Below are positions 23,363-34,740 of a DNA stretch of 64,000 nucleotides, one piece after another. The position numbers and the translations under genes were made by a program. The stretch spans positions 1-64,000 of the forward strand of contig MU058793.1 in the NCBI GenBank assembly GCA_013265495.1, read 5' to 3'. The notes under the pieces are model-generated. The model did not search any database. It worked only from the letters and a program-made list of their open reading frames with translations, and had not been told where the DNA came from. Positions within the stretch are counted from its first letter, which is position 1; every line of letters begins with the position of its first letter. The DNA comes from Vicugna vicugna (Eukaryota).

Positions 23363-26300
23363 ACAACTAGAACACCAAGAAAATGCAATGCTTCCAGCCC
23401 CTCTTGGATAAAAAGGTCTCCAGTTTTCCTCCTCCATCTGTTTCTGTGTCGAATGAGCCATGGCGCTGTACCTTGTGCTCCCCACCAGCGCTCCCCGGGC
23501 AGCGGCAGCCTCAGCTGAATCAACACGGCCTTGGCCACCGAGGTCTTGAGAGTTTTCCCGGCCCCCACCCCACTCCAGCCTTCTCCTCTCAGCTTNNNNN
23601 NNNNNNNNNNNNNNNNNNNNNNNNNNNNNNNNNNNNNNNNNNNNNNNNNNNNNNNNNNNNNNNNNNNNNNNNNNNNNNNNNNNNNNNNNNNNNNNNNNNN
23701 NNNNNNNNNNNNNNNNNNNNNNNNNNNNNNNNNNNNNNNNNNNNNNNNNNNATGAAATCAGCAGCTAGGCGGAAGGAAATCATTTGCATACTTGGCTCCA
23801 TACACCTGGAATTCCTTAATTTTAGGGATTAGCAAAATGAGTCTAATAAAAAGTAGAGGCCCTTGTTAATCATCTCTGTAAAGTCCCTTCATTACCTGTT
23901 ACTTGTGCCCAATCTGAGTGCCCAGTTCAGGAAATTCACATTGTGCAGGTCAGTTATTACAATTTTATGAACTGATTTGTAATTTTACGTGACATAGTTT
24001 GTGTTTTTAGTGTTCCTCAAAGTTAAAGTGACCGTTTTCCCGCCTTGTCCCACTCTTAAGAGGACACGTCTGAGAGTTATCACAGAGATGGTCCAACGAT
24101 GATGAGCGTGAGAACCGTCTTAGCTGCACTGCAGTCCTGATTATGAGAGTGGCATCGACTACGTTATTTGAGGTGACCTGTGTGCAGGGAAGTGGAGGAT
24201 GTGTACATCCTCCTCTTCTGTTCTGCTCTACGCTCCCTCCCCAGAGAAACCCGGATGCTTCTAAGAATGTCTCCATCCTACTCACCCCCTCCCGATAGAA
24301 TCGAGGAAAACTCATTCAGTTGCCCCTGGTCTTAAGGAGATTCTGATTAAGGTCAGATCAACAATACAGTCATAGCTAGCTTTCTGCAGGGGGCAGGAAA
24401 ACACCCTCTATACTGACTGCCAACATGTTTCCAGTTAATTCAGATTTCCACATGCAACTCCTTACAGAATTGGTAAAACATACATTGGTCCCACAAAAGT
24501 AGACAGTTCCCATAATTGGAGATTAAAACGAAATAAAACAAAACAAACAAAAATCCTCTCTGAAAGTTCCTGATTTATTTTTTTCAAAATACGACTACTA
24601 TGACACCCACCTCGAGAACAGAGAGAGAGCATAGCTGCCTGAAGTCAGTAGTTGCAATCAGGATAATTCTGAAACTGAATAATGCATGCTGGAATGCTGT
24701 TTACAGGAAATGAGCAATTTATTTTATTATCCGAATTTCAAACCCTTTTAATATGCCTCCCAAGAAGATGTCTGATTTGGAAAATTGCAAAAGAAAACCT
24801 AGGAGAGGACAAGGGTTACTAAAAATTTTCACCATTGTAAAGGCCAGATAAAGGCACTTTAGAGGCAGCTTGAACAAAACTTCAGTATATCTGCATAAAT
24901 TACCCTTATGTTGGTGACTGTAAGGGATCAACATTATACTGCTTTGAGTAATGGAAAAATAGTGAGACAAAAAATTGAAATAGAAGATTACATTCAATGG
25001 AAGTTGCACATTTGTTAAATTCCTTCTCTGCAATGAATGTGTGTGTGTGGGAGTACACGCACATGCTCACTCAGGCACACGTATAACGGCAAATACGTAA
25101 AATGCTCCCGGAAGAGTCGCAGAAAATAACAGCAGTGAAAAGGGTCTAGAGAAGGGTTTTCTCTGCATCCTCCTCCTTTCTGTCCTGTTTACATATTCCG
25201 ACTGTGTGCACATACTTTTGTTGGATCATCAGAATTTATGTGGGTGGTGAAATTTGGGGTAATTTTTGTGTTTATATTGATCTGTATTTTTAATGAACAA
25301 ATATTTTAAAGGAACATCTCTTTTCAAGGCCTTAATAAGCCCCTCATTTGAACATAAAGGCAGAGGCATATGAATTGTTTGTTTGCAATTCATTTTCATT
25401 CTTAGATATATCAAGTTCGTGCACACACACTACATATACAGGCATGTCAGGAACATGTTTAAAGAGGCACCAAGTTACCAGCTTTCCCCAGGCATCCATG
25501 TTTCCTAGTCCCACACTGCCCTTCAGGACTGACTTTGTGATTCAGAGGATTTCAGTCTCCAACCAATCGGTCAGTCCAGCTCCCCATGAAGGTTGAGAAA
25601 ATAGTCAAATGCATAAGTAGGAGGGTAACCAAGACCCATTCTCACCTCTAGGAGAGATGCATGGTCTCCTGGCCTCTCTTGCTGCCCGTTGTAGCCACCT
25701 TTGCACTCAGAAAGTACACTGACGAAGGGCAGGAGGGACCAGTGGAGAGGATTCAGTCCACCCTTTATCTGGTAGATGAGGAGATGGCACTGGGGGATGT
25801 GTCATGGCTTGTCCCAGATAACTCAGCTGGTCAGAGAGGACTTACACTCACGTTATCCTTCCACCACCACTAACAGCCTTAGGGAACCTAGTTGGCTAGC
25901 TCCCCTGGCTGTGTTTAGTTCATCCAGCTAACTCATCACAAGCAGAAGAGAAGACAGGGTCCTGAGAAAAAAGGAACAGGGAAGGCTGGTTTTGATGGAA
26001 GGCAAGTGTCCTGTGGATACCCCCTCTTACAGCCAGGGCATTAGGGAAGAGCCATGGTGAAAAGTGCAACACAGGGGTGAACTGGGCGTTCAGCAGGTAT
26101 GTTTTAAAAAGGGGGAAAGGAAACAGCATGGATCAGATGCCTACATGTGTACTTCGCATTCATTCCCTCAAACAGGTGATGTGTTGTCATCCCTAGTTTA
26201 GAAATAATAGTACATAGCACGTTCTAGATCACATAGCTCTTAGTTGGTGCTGGGTTTTAAGCCCAAGCCTGAGTCCAGAGCCCAAACTAGAAATCTCTAC

Positions 26301-26777
26301 ATCTAACAGCCTTTCATTTAAATGGAATAGAACAGGCAAAGATTGCTGCCCACTGGCCATGCTGATTAGGAAAGAAATAGAGGGAAATATTTTTTGCCTG
26401 TTAGAGACAAAAAAGGGAAATTGCACTTACTGAGCATTTAATGTTCATTAAGCAGTACCGTGTGCACTTAACATGTGCTGTCTCATTAGATTTACACGAG
26501 ATTGGGGGTTGATACTACGTTAGGGAGCAACCAAAGAACGGCCAACAATTCCCACTCCAAAGACTAGCAGAGGTAAAGGAGAGGGGGGACGTTTTCCAGA
26601 TTACTTCATCCAATGCAGTTAGTTTTGACTTGTGAAGTGCCTGGCTTGGGATAAATGATAAGCAACTAACTACGTATGAGCTTCTCAGATTGGATGCCAA
26701 GCTGAGTCTCTGCTTCAGCACCATCTAGAGGCTTTCTCTGGACACTCCAAGCTGAGGAATCATAATTTTTAATAATA

Positions 26778-27183
26778 ATAATTCTTTGGGNNNNNNNNNN
26801 NNNNNNNNNNNNNNNNNNNNNNNNNNNNNNNNNNNNNNNNNNNNNNNNNNNNNNNNNNNNNNNNNNNNNNNNNNNNNNNNNNNNNNNNNNNNNNNNNNNN
26901 NNNNNNNNNNNNNNNNNNNNNNNNNNCCAACACTTACTGCGTTTTGTTTTGTTTTGTTAATATCCATCCTGATAAGTGTGAAGTGATACACTTCCCTGTA
27001 GTTTTGATTTGTGTTCCCTTGATGATTAGTGGCATTGAGGAATTTTTTATATATTTACTTATTGGCCATTTGCATGTCTTCTTTAGAGAAATGTCCATTC
27101 GTGTCCTAAGTCCATTTTTTAATCTAGGTATTAGTTTCTTTTTTTTTTAATTTTGAGTTGAAGAATTCCTTATATTTTTTTGG
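26778..27183 (-). mobile_element. L1 ORF2 C-terminal fragment, antisense
   Basis: Minus translation YHFTLIRMDINKTKQN resembles L1 ORF2 YHLTPVRMAIIKK; homologous to 48080-48480. Confidence 0.85.
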
Positions 27184-27458
27184 NNNNNNNNNNNNNNNNN
27201 NNNNNNNNNNNNNNNNNNNNNNNNNNNNNNNNNNNNNNNNNNNNNNNNNNNNNNNNNNNNNNNNNNNNNNNNNNNNNNNNNNNNNNNNNNNNNNNNNNNN
27301 NNNNNNNNNNNNNNNNNNNNNNNNNNNNNNNNNNNNNNNNNNNNNNNNNNNNNNNNNNNNNNNNNNNNNNNNNNNNNNNNNNNNNNNNNNNNNNNNNNNN
27401 NNNNNNNNNNNNNNNNNNNNNNNNNNNNNNNNNNNNNNNNNNNNNNNNNNNNNNNNNN

Positions 27459-27838
27459 CAGCGGAATACTATGCAGTCTTTAAAAGGAAGGACGCTCTGC
27501 AGTATGTAACAACATGAATGAACTTTGACGATACTATGCTAAGTGAAATAAGCCAATCAACAGAAAGACAAATACTGCATGGGTCTACTTACAAGAAGTT
27601 ATCTAAAATAGTTGCATTCATAGAATCAAAGAGTGGAACGATGGTTGTCAAGGGCTGGGGGAAGGGAAAAACAGGGAGTCACTAATCAACAGGCATAAAG
27701 TTTTAGTTAAGCAGGATGCAAAAGCCCTGGAGATTTGCTGTACAGCATTGTATGTATAATTAACAATAATGTACACTTAAAAATTAGGTGAGGGTAGATC
27801 ACAAGGTAAGTGTTCTTACCACAGTAAAATTTTTAAAA
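27459..27838 (+). mobile_element. L1MA/MB-type 3' end, sense
   Basis: ggaatactatgcagtcttt...ctatgctaagtgaaataagccaatc...aagtgttcttaccacag followed by A-rich tail. Confidence 0.85.
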
Positions 27839-27924
27839 AAGCAAAAAAGTGCTAAGTTGACTTTAGGCACTTAAGGGCCTCTTGAACTAAATAAAAAGTT
27901 TTATCCATACAAAATCATCATCAT

Positions 27925-28170
27925 CGTCGTCATCGTCTAACATTTACTGAATGCCCACTATAGGTCAGACTCTATACTGAGGGCTTTGTGTTTTTCATCT
28001 CATTGAATGCTCTCAACATTCCTATGAGGCAATCATTTTTATTATCTCCTTTTTTACAGAGAAAGAAACCAAGACTCAGAGTGACTAAGGAATTTGCCCA
28101 AATCACAGAACCACTAAGTGGTGAAGCCAGGATTCAAAGTCCAAGCGTGAGTTTCTAACCACTGCACCCC
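27925..28170 (-). mobile_element. MIR SINE, near full length
   Basis: ctaacatttactgaatgcccactat...tttttacagagaaagaaaccaagactcagag...aagccaggattcaaa...tttctaaccactgcac. Confidence 0.8.
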
Positions 28171-28599
28171 ATCCCCCTCCAGCAACAAGGTTAATAAAGA
28201 ACCTTGGTCAAACAAATACTAGCTATTTATACCCTATTTGTAATTTTATGAGATACAATGTGTGGTTTTGAAGGTTCTGAAGTTTAATTTTTGTTCCTCT
28301 CTTCCCACACATCCTGCTCACCTCAAGTCAAACAGGGAAATTAATATCTCTGTCCAGACCCTGCCACCCTCTCTACCCTTTCATCTTCCTCGTCAGTTGA
28401 CGAGGAAGCAACCACAAGCCTGGTTGCTTGTGTATACTCACATCCCATCATCCAAATACCAAAAGAAGGCTGCGGTGTGACTGTAAACTTAGGTGTCAAC
28501 TCATCCCTCAGGTATCTAAGGCAACAGCCCAAGGATGAAGCATCGACACACTAGGGAAGGTTTTAGTGCTTGCCACAGATGCCAACTAGCTTTTTATCA

Positions 28600-28975
28600 A
28601 ACCCTTCTTTTCTTCTTTCTCAGCACACAGCTGGACTGCACTATCAGCCTCACATGCAGTTAGTTCTGACTGAAGGCTGATTCTGGCCAATGGAAAGAGG
28701 GAAGAAGTGACATGTGTCACTTCTGGAACTGGTACATACCCTCCTAGTGCCCTCACCTCACCCCACAATATTCTCTCTTCCCACTCTTCCAGCTGGCAGT
28801 CCACACACAGGGTGACTTTGAAAACCATCTCTTGAAGATGGCAGAGCCACCAGATAGGAAAAAAACAAGACCCCTGAATCACTGTTTATAGAGAAGAGTT
28901 CTCAGATAATCAAGAATAACAGTTTAATACTTTTTGTGACTAAGAAGTAAACTCTGGAATGTGTTTAGTTCAAAT
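28600..28975 (+). mobile_element. old MLT1-type MaLR LTR
   Basis: ttctggccaatggaaagagggaagaagtgacatgtgtcacttctgg...gaagatggcagagccaccagatagg...ccctgaatcact. Confidence 0.6.
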
Positions 28976-29310
28976 AATGAAACACTGCTCCTCATAGCTA
29001 GGAGTATGTGGGCAGCAGTCTGGTGCTGGGATGTGGCTTAGGATGGTGGCCCAGGGGCTTTCCTTTTAGATACTCTGCTCCCTCTTAGTCGGTATTTGCC
29101 CATGTCCATATTACCTCATGGTCACAAGATGGCTGCTGTATCTCCATACCTTTACCCCCACACTATTCGAGGCAGGAAAAAGAAGAAAGGAGAAACTAGA
29201 ATGATGATATTGATATTAGGAAAGAAAAAGCTTTCCCTAAACTTCTTAATTTATGTTTCATTGGGCATGATTGAGTCATGCGCCCACTTCAAGTGACCAG
29301 GGGTCTGATA
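28960..29310 (-). mobile_element. old MLT1K/L-like LTR
   Basis: cctcatggtcacaagatggctgctgtatctcca...ttatgtttcattgggcatgattgagtcatg. Confidence 0.5.
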
Positions 29311-30639
29311 TAGTAAATAACTGTAATGAGGCACACTGAGTGCCTGAAAAAAGGACATGGTATTTTTTTATAAGAAAGATGGTGTCTAGGTAAGCAGCAA
29401 TATCTGTCTCAGTAATATACAGAATTAGTATACAGGATTTTAGCAAAGAAAAGTCACTAAAAGCCCTCTGCCTAGCCACTGTCTTGTCTAAGAGGCCCCC
29501 ATACTTCCTCTGTCCCAACATACACATTTTGATCAACTCTTCTACTTTTCTCCCCTCCATGATACCTCCCACAATACACACATACATTTTTAAGATTTCA
29601 TTTCAAACTTGTAATGAATTAGATAAGGATGCTACTTTGGCTTTTGACTGAAATGTGTCATGTCTTAGAGTTGGAGAAGTATGTCTGTGGGGAACAAAAG
29701 GTCATCTCACAAGGCCAAATTGGATTTTGTCCTATCCTCACCCTACTTCTCTACTATCTTCCACCAGTTCAGCTCCCATCTATCTCTCGTCACTGCTCTC
29801 AGGTCCTGAGTGTGTTACTCCACCAGCAAAAGGACAGATTCACATCTGAATAAAGAGTGGTTTTGAAGGTTTGGAGGAGGACTTGCTACTAAAAGTCAAC
29901 AGGTAAGAATGGCCATGTTGAAGAAGACCCACCTGCAGAGGAGGATGAAACATACCAAACTGCTAGGAACGTAGCGTATCAGGGAATGGAACCAGCAGTC
30001 TGATCTTGCAGATTGTTTGTTCTGATTTTGAGGAAGAAAAATACCTGTGTTTGAATTAGAAAATGTTCCTAAGAATAGTCATCAGCCTAATCTAACAACA
30101 TACCACCACATTCACCATGGATCTGCAATTTTAATCACCATACTCCCATGGACAGATTGACCACATAAGCCACTCTAGCTGAGAGGAACAACCTGCATCA
30201 GGCTACAAACAAGCAATGGGGGAAAATGCTGCATTTAATCTGTTGGGGGATACACATTAGGGTGGTTGTTCAAAAGAAATGAACAGCTCACAAGGGTGAT
30301 CTTGGGGTATGGTGGAGGCCCGTGTCCTGAAACTGATTTTGAATCTTATAGCCAATATCGACAGCTATGGGAACAAGGATGCTTTATTAAATTCAGGTGC
30401 TCAGCATCTTGCTTATTTCTATTATGAATCTATAAAAAATATTGTGTTGTGTTTGAGCCAAAAGACGTCTTGATCATTTCAGCCTCACTAATTAACCATG
30501 TGAAGCTCATGGCTAATGCTGTTGCGTGGGGTCAGGTCCTGTCTCGCTTTTTGGAACTGGCAGCATGAACCTGGGAGATTTCTTCCCCTTTCTATTCTTG
30601 TTGTCCCTAAAATGGGAATAGTAATATTTGAACTAATAA

Positions 30640-30900
30640 TATAGAAGACATAGTATAATGAAATAATGTACTAATAGGGATAGTTATTATTAATTCAAGT
30701 CTACTATGTGCCTGGCTTGGTGTCACTTGCCTTATATACAACTGCAATGAATAGACATTATAATAGCCACTTAAAATAGAAGGCAAGTCTCCCACGCCTA
30801 CCGATGAGCACACCTGAGGCCCAGAGAGAACCTGTCACATTTCTGGTATGTGGCTGAGTTAGACTGGAACTTAACGTCTCTGTGGCCACAATGCCTAGGC
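30640..30900 (-). mobile_element. MIR fragment
   Basis: gtctactatgtgcctggc...gagcacacctgaggcccagagagaacctgtcac...gagttagactggaactt. Confidence 0.5.
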
Positions 30901-32049
30901 TACTTCAAAGCCTTATACCAACGAAAGATGCCAGTTGATTTTAAAAAGGAACTTACTGAAGGGTTTGGGATGAAGTGTAGTATTTTCTGACTGTTATTTG
31001 TTTTAAACTTTGCCCACCGGTGAGGAAACAAATGTATTCAATTCTATGAGAAACACAAAGACAGTTTAGCTCAAAATATAGATTGGAATATAGGCCCTTG
31101 GGAAGCAATCATCTAGAAACCAAAGACACCCGTCCTGTCTTCCTAGCTTTACTATCACACCTGCCAGTGAGATGAAAAGATCTTTCAAGATAGTCTTCAG
31201 AATTTTTATCGAAAGATTAGGATTTTAGAATTCCTTTTAGAGATTTGATTTTTTTTGGTCCTCTTCTGATTGATAAATGATACTGAAGTGTAATTATCTA
31301 ATATTTAGCCTATGTGTGTCTGTCTCTCTTGAAAGATAATTTTGGAGGAAGCTGGCTAGCTGAGGAGGATACCAGGAGTTGCCAAGCAACCCTTCTATTG
31401 ACTTTGTCCTTTCCCTTTAAGTGTCTGTACTACAAGCAAATAGGCATGGTTATTTATGAAGCTTTTAGATGTTAAAAATGTTGTCTCTGAAGCTTGCCAC
31501 TCCGGCACCATACCGACTTTGACCCAATCTGGCACGCTGATGGAAAATACCTGCAAAGATGTTAAGGTTGAATCACATCCTGGTATAAAATAACATGGCA
31601 GCCAAGTTTTTAAATAAACATGTCTTCTTGGAGTTTAAATGAATAAGGGTTCCAATTATATTTGAGACATACGTAGAAGCTACAGAAATGTGTGGTTTCC
31701 CTGAACAAAGGAAACTCTAGAGTAGTTGTTTGGTTTTGATAGTACAACGATTTAATTAAAGTAAAAATGCTTGTCCCTTTCCCATCTCCAGCTAGAAAAA
31801 TTGGGATATGGTTAATAATAGGGAATGAAACCCACTTAACAAATCTGNNNNNNNNNNNNNNNNNNNNNNNNNNNNNNNNNNNNNNNNNNNNNNNNNNNNN
31901 NNNNNNNNNNNNNNNNNNNNNNNNNNNNNNNNNNNNNNNNNNNNNNNNNNNNNNNNNNNNNNNNNNNNNNNNNNNNNATAGAAAACATTGACAAAGGGAA
32001 AACTACTATACAGATAATGCCCGCTCATATTATCTGTTAAAAGAACAAG

Positions 32050-32155
32050 CATTTTTGGTAAGATCCAGGCAAAGCCTTAAACTATGCATGCCCTTTGACC
32101 TAGCAATTTCACTTCTGGGAAACCATCCTACGGAAATCTTTAAGAATGTGGATAA
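32050..32155 (+). mobile_element. old L1M fragment
   Basis: atgccctttgacctagcaatttcacttctgggaa, conserved L1 ORF2 3' motif. Confidence 0.55.
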
Positions 32156-32164
32156 AGCTCTTGG

Positions 32165-32440
32165 AACCCTACATTGGATACATAAGGCACAAGCCCAGGC
32201 TAATCTCCTTCAGGATAGAAGGTCATATGGTCATCCAATCGTCACAGCCACCCTGCCTGTCCCAGCCAATACCAACCACCAGCCAGACTTGTGAATGAAT
32301 TCGTCTAAGATTTGCCAGCTAAAGTTGAGCTACTGTGATGAAAGTTACGTGAGTTAGCCTAGACAAGACTGCCAGAAAAATACTCACTTGATCCCAGCCC
32401 AAATTGTTGATCCACAGAGTCACCATTATAAACTGTCCCG
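32165..32440 (+). mobile_element. MLT1E/F-like LTR fragment
   Basis: accaaccaccagccagacttgtgaatga...gatcccagcccaaattgttgatccacaga. Confidence 0.45.
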
Positions 32441-32566
32441 ATGTGGTCTATTTCATTTGTCTTTGGACATAACCCTGGCACCACTATGTAGTTAAAGATC
32501 GTATTAACTAATCAATGGATATATGTTGGAAGGAGTCAATGGAATGGCCCAAGACGTAGTAAATGC

Positions 32567-32991
32567 NNNNNNNNNNNNNNNNNNNNNNNNNNNNNNNNNN
32601 NNNNNNNNNNNNNNNNNNNNNNNNNNNNNNNNNNNNNNNNNNNNNNNNNNNNNNNNNNNNNNNNNNNNNNNNNNNNNNNNNNNNNNNNNNNNNNNNNNNN
32701 TCCTTCTGGGGGCTGAGAGGAAAGGATCTGCCCTAGGTCTCTCTCCTTGGCTTGCAGAGGGCCATCTTCTCTCTATGTCTCTTCCATTGTCCTCCATCCG
32801 TACTTGTCTGTCTCTGCCCAAATTTTCTCTTTTTATAAGGATGCCAGTCATATTAGAGTAGTGCCACCCTAACATCTTCATTTTAACCTTTGGAGGTTAA
32901 AGACCCTATCTCCAAAGAGCTCACCTTCGGAGGTGCTGGGGCTTAGGACTTCAACATATCATTTTGGAGGGACATAATTCAATCCACAACA
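32567..32991 (-). mobile_element. MLT1B/C-type MaLR solo LTR (left part under the N-run)
   Basis: tctttttataaggatgccagtcatattag...aagaccctatctccaaa...gcttaggacttcaacatat...gacataattcaatccacaaca. Confidence 0.85.
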
Positions 32992-34499
32992 ATACAGATA
33001 GGTAACTGTACAGACTTGTGTGTGCTGAATATCTTTTAGGCACAAAGGAATAACAGGTATTGCAGAGAAAATAAACTTCCTGTCTCTTCTGCTTGATCCT
33101 TTATTTCTGTTCCAGAAAAGCTGGGTACTTCGTGCTCTTGCACCACAGTACCAGAGGAAGATTTCTCCATCAGCAAAGGAGACTAGCTTTTTTGGATTTC
33201 CCTCTTGTAGCCAACAGTTATCAGGCCCAAACAGCAAGGACCCTGTGGGCCAGACAGCCCCCTACTTCCCAGGAAGGCTGAGCCTCCCAATTCCCTCAGT
33301 GATGAGGGTCCTAATGATGCTTTGGCTCATGAAGCTGCTTAGGACTCTCTTTTCCTCATGCACAACACATCATTTGGGCCAAAAGTTGGGTATAAAGGGC
33401 TCCCTGACAGTCAGCGAGGAGGAGCCAACCCTGACAAACAAAGGCGTGGAACCCAAGGAGAGTCTGCCTGTTTCCTCCACTAAGTCCCTGAAAGTGAGGG
33501 AAGCACGCCAGGGCCAATGACACAGCTCTTTTTAAAAAATGATTGAACGACAAAATCATGACCTAAAAAGAAACCTGAATCTTTCTTTTCTCTCACTAGG
33601 CACCACCAGTTCTGATCACTATATCATTCCACTGCCACATCTCCTTCCCCAATGAAAGTGAACAGTGGAGGTGACACAGATTTTCTCTGGTTTGTAAAAT
33701 AGTCAAGTATCTCCCAAAGCACCAGACTTCTAACCAGCCCATCTATCACCCATCAGTCACTGAATATGGGTCCCTCAAATGCAAACAAAAACAAACAGAA
33801 AGGACTGATTGCATTTAATTGCAGCCTGTTGCTTATTTTCTTTAAGGTTTCAGCAACTCTGAGGCCAGAGTTTTCACTAGGAAAACGATACCAGGACGGT
33901 TTCTTCTCTTAGACCCTTAGGCTAGACAAAGGCAACAAGGATGTATTCCACACAGCATCTTCTAAATGTGAGAAGGGGAGAGATGTGCTGTTTTGCAGGC
34001 ACGAGAACATGAGGGAGAACTTTAAGACCTGAGGATCCCATCTTGTAAAAATAAGGCAAATGCTTCCTCTCATGCTGGCCCACCCTCCTAATTAGATACA
34101 TCAAGTTACTTTAAGAAGATCAGTCAGATTCGGGCTATTGTGTCTGCCCCAGCCAGACAGTTAGGAAGTGTTAACTGAGTGAGTACTATGTGTCAAAGAA
34201 TCAGAGAGGATCCTGCTATCAAAGAACTTACGGTCTTATGCACGAATGAAGGCATAACATATGTGCAAAAATAATTAGAGAATAATTAAGCACAGATGTC
34301 TTCCCAGGCCGAGCAGAATCCACAGCAGAGTACAACCGAGTATCTGTCAAGGGGTTTGAATCTGTTTTTACACTTGTTTTCTCTTAGTCTCTCTCTCTTC
34401 TGCATCTTTCCCTGAATTTCTCACTCTCTGTCAGTCCACCTCACTCTGTCCCCAGCAGTACTTCTTTCCTCTTTTAGCTAGTGTGAACTTTACAGTTCA

Positions 34500-34740
34500 T
34501 ATTTTTTTAAATAAATATTTTCCCCACATGAACAGTGCCATTCTTCCTTTGGCTCAGGCCGAAGCCTTGGCACAGTCCTTTCCTCCCTTTGGTGTTTTTG
34601 TCACACCCACGTCAATTCCCATACTTTAAAAATGTATCAGAATCTGGTGCCTTCTCTCCTCCCCTCCCACTCTTTAGTGTCAAATCCCTCCCCTCAGTCC
34701 TGCTCGTCGCAGGATAACTGGGCTCCCTGCTTACCTGTGG
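34500..34740 (+). mobile_element. L2 fragment
   Basis: ctttaaaaatgtatcagaatctggtgccttctctcc...ccatcaggtctctataccagg region. Confidence 0.4.
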
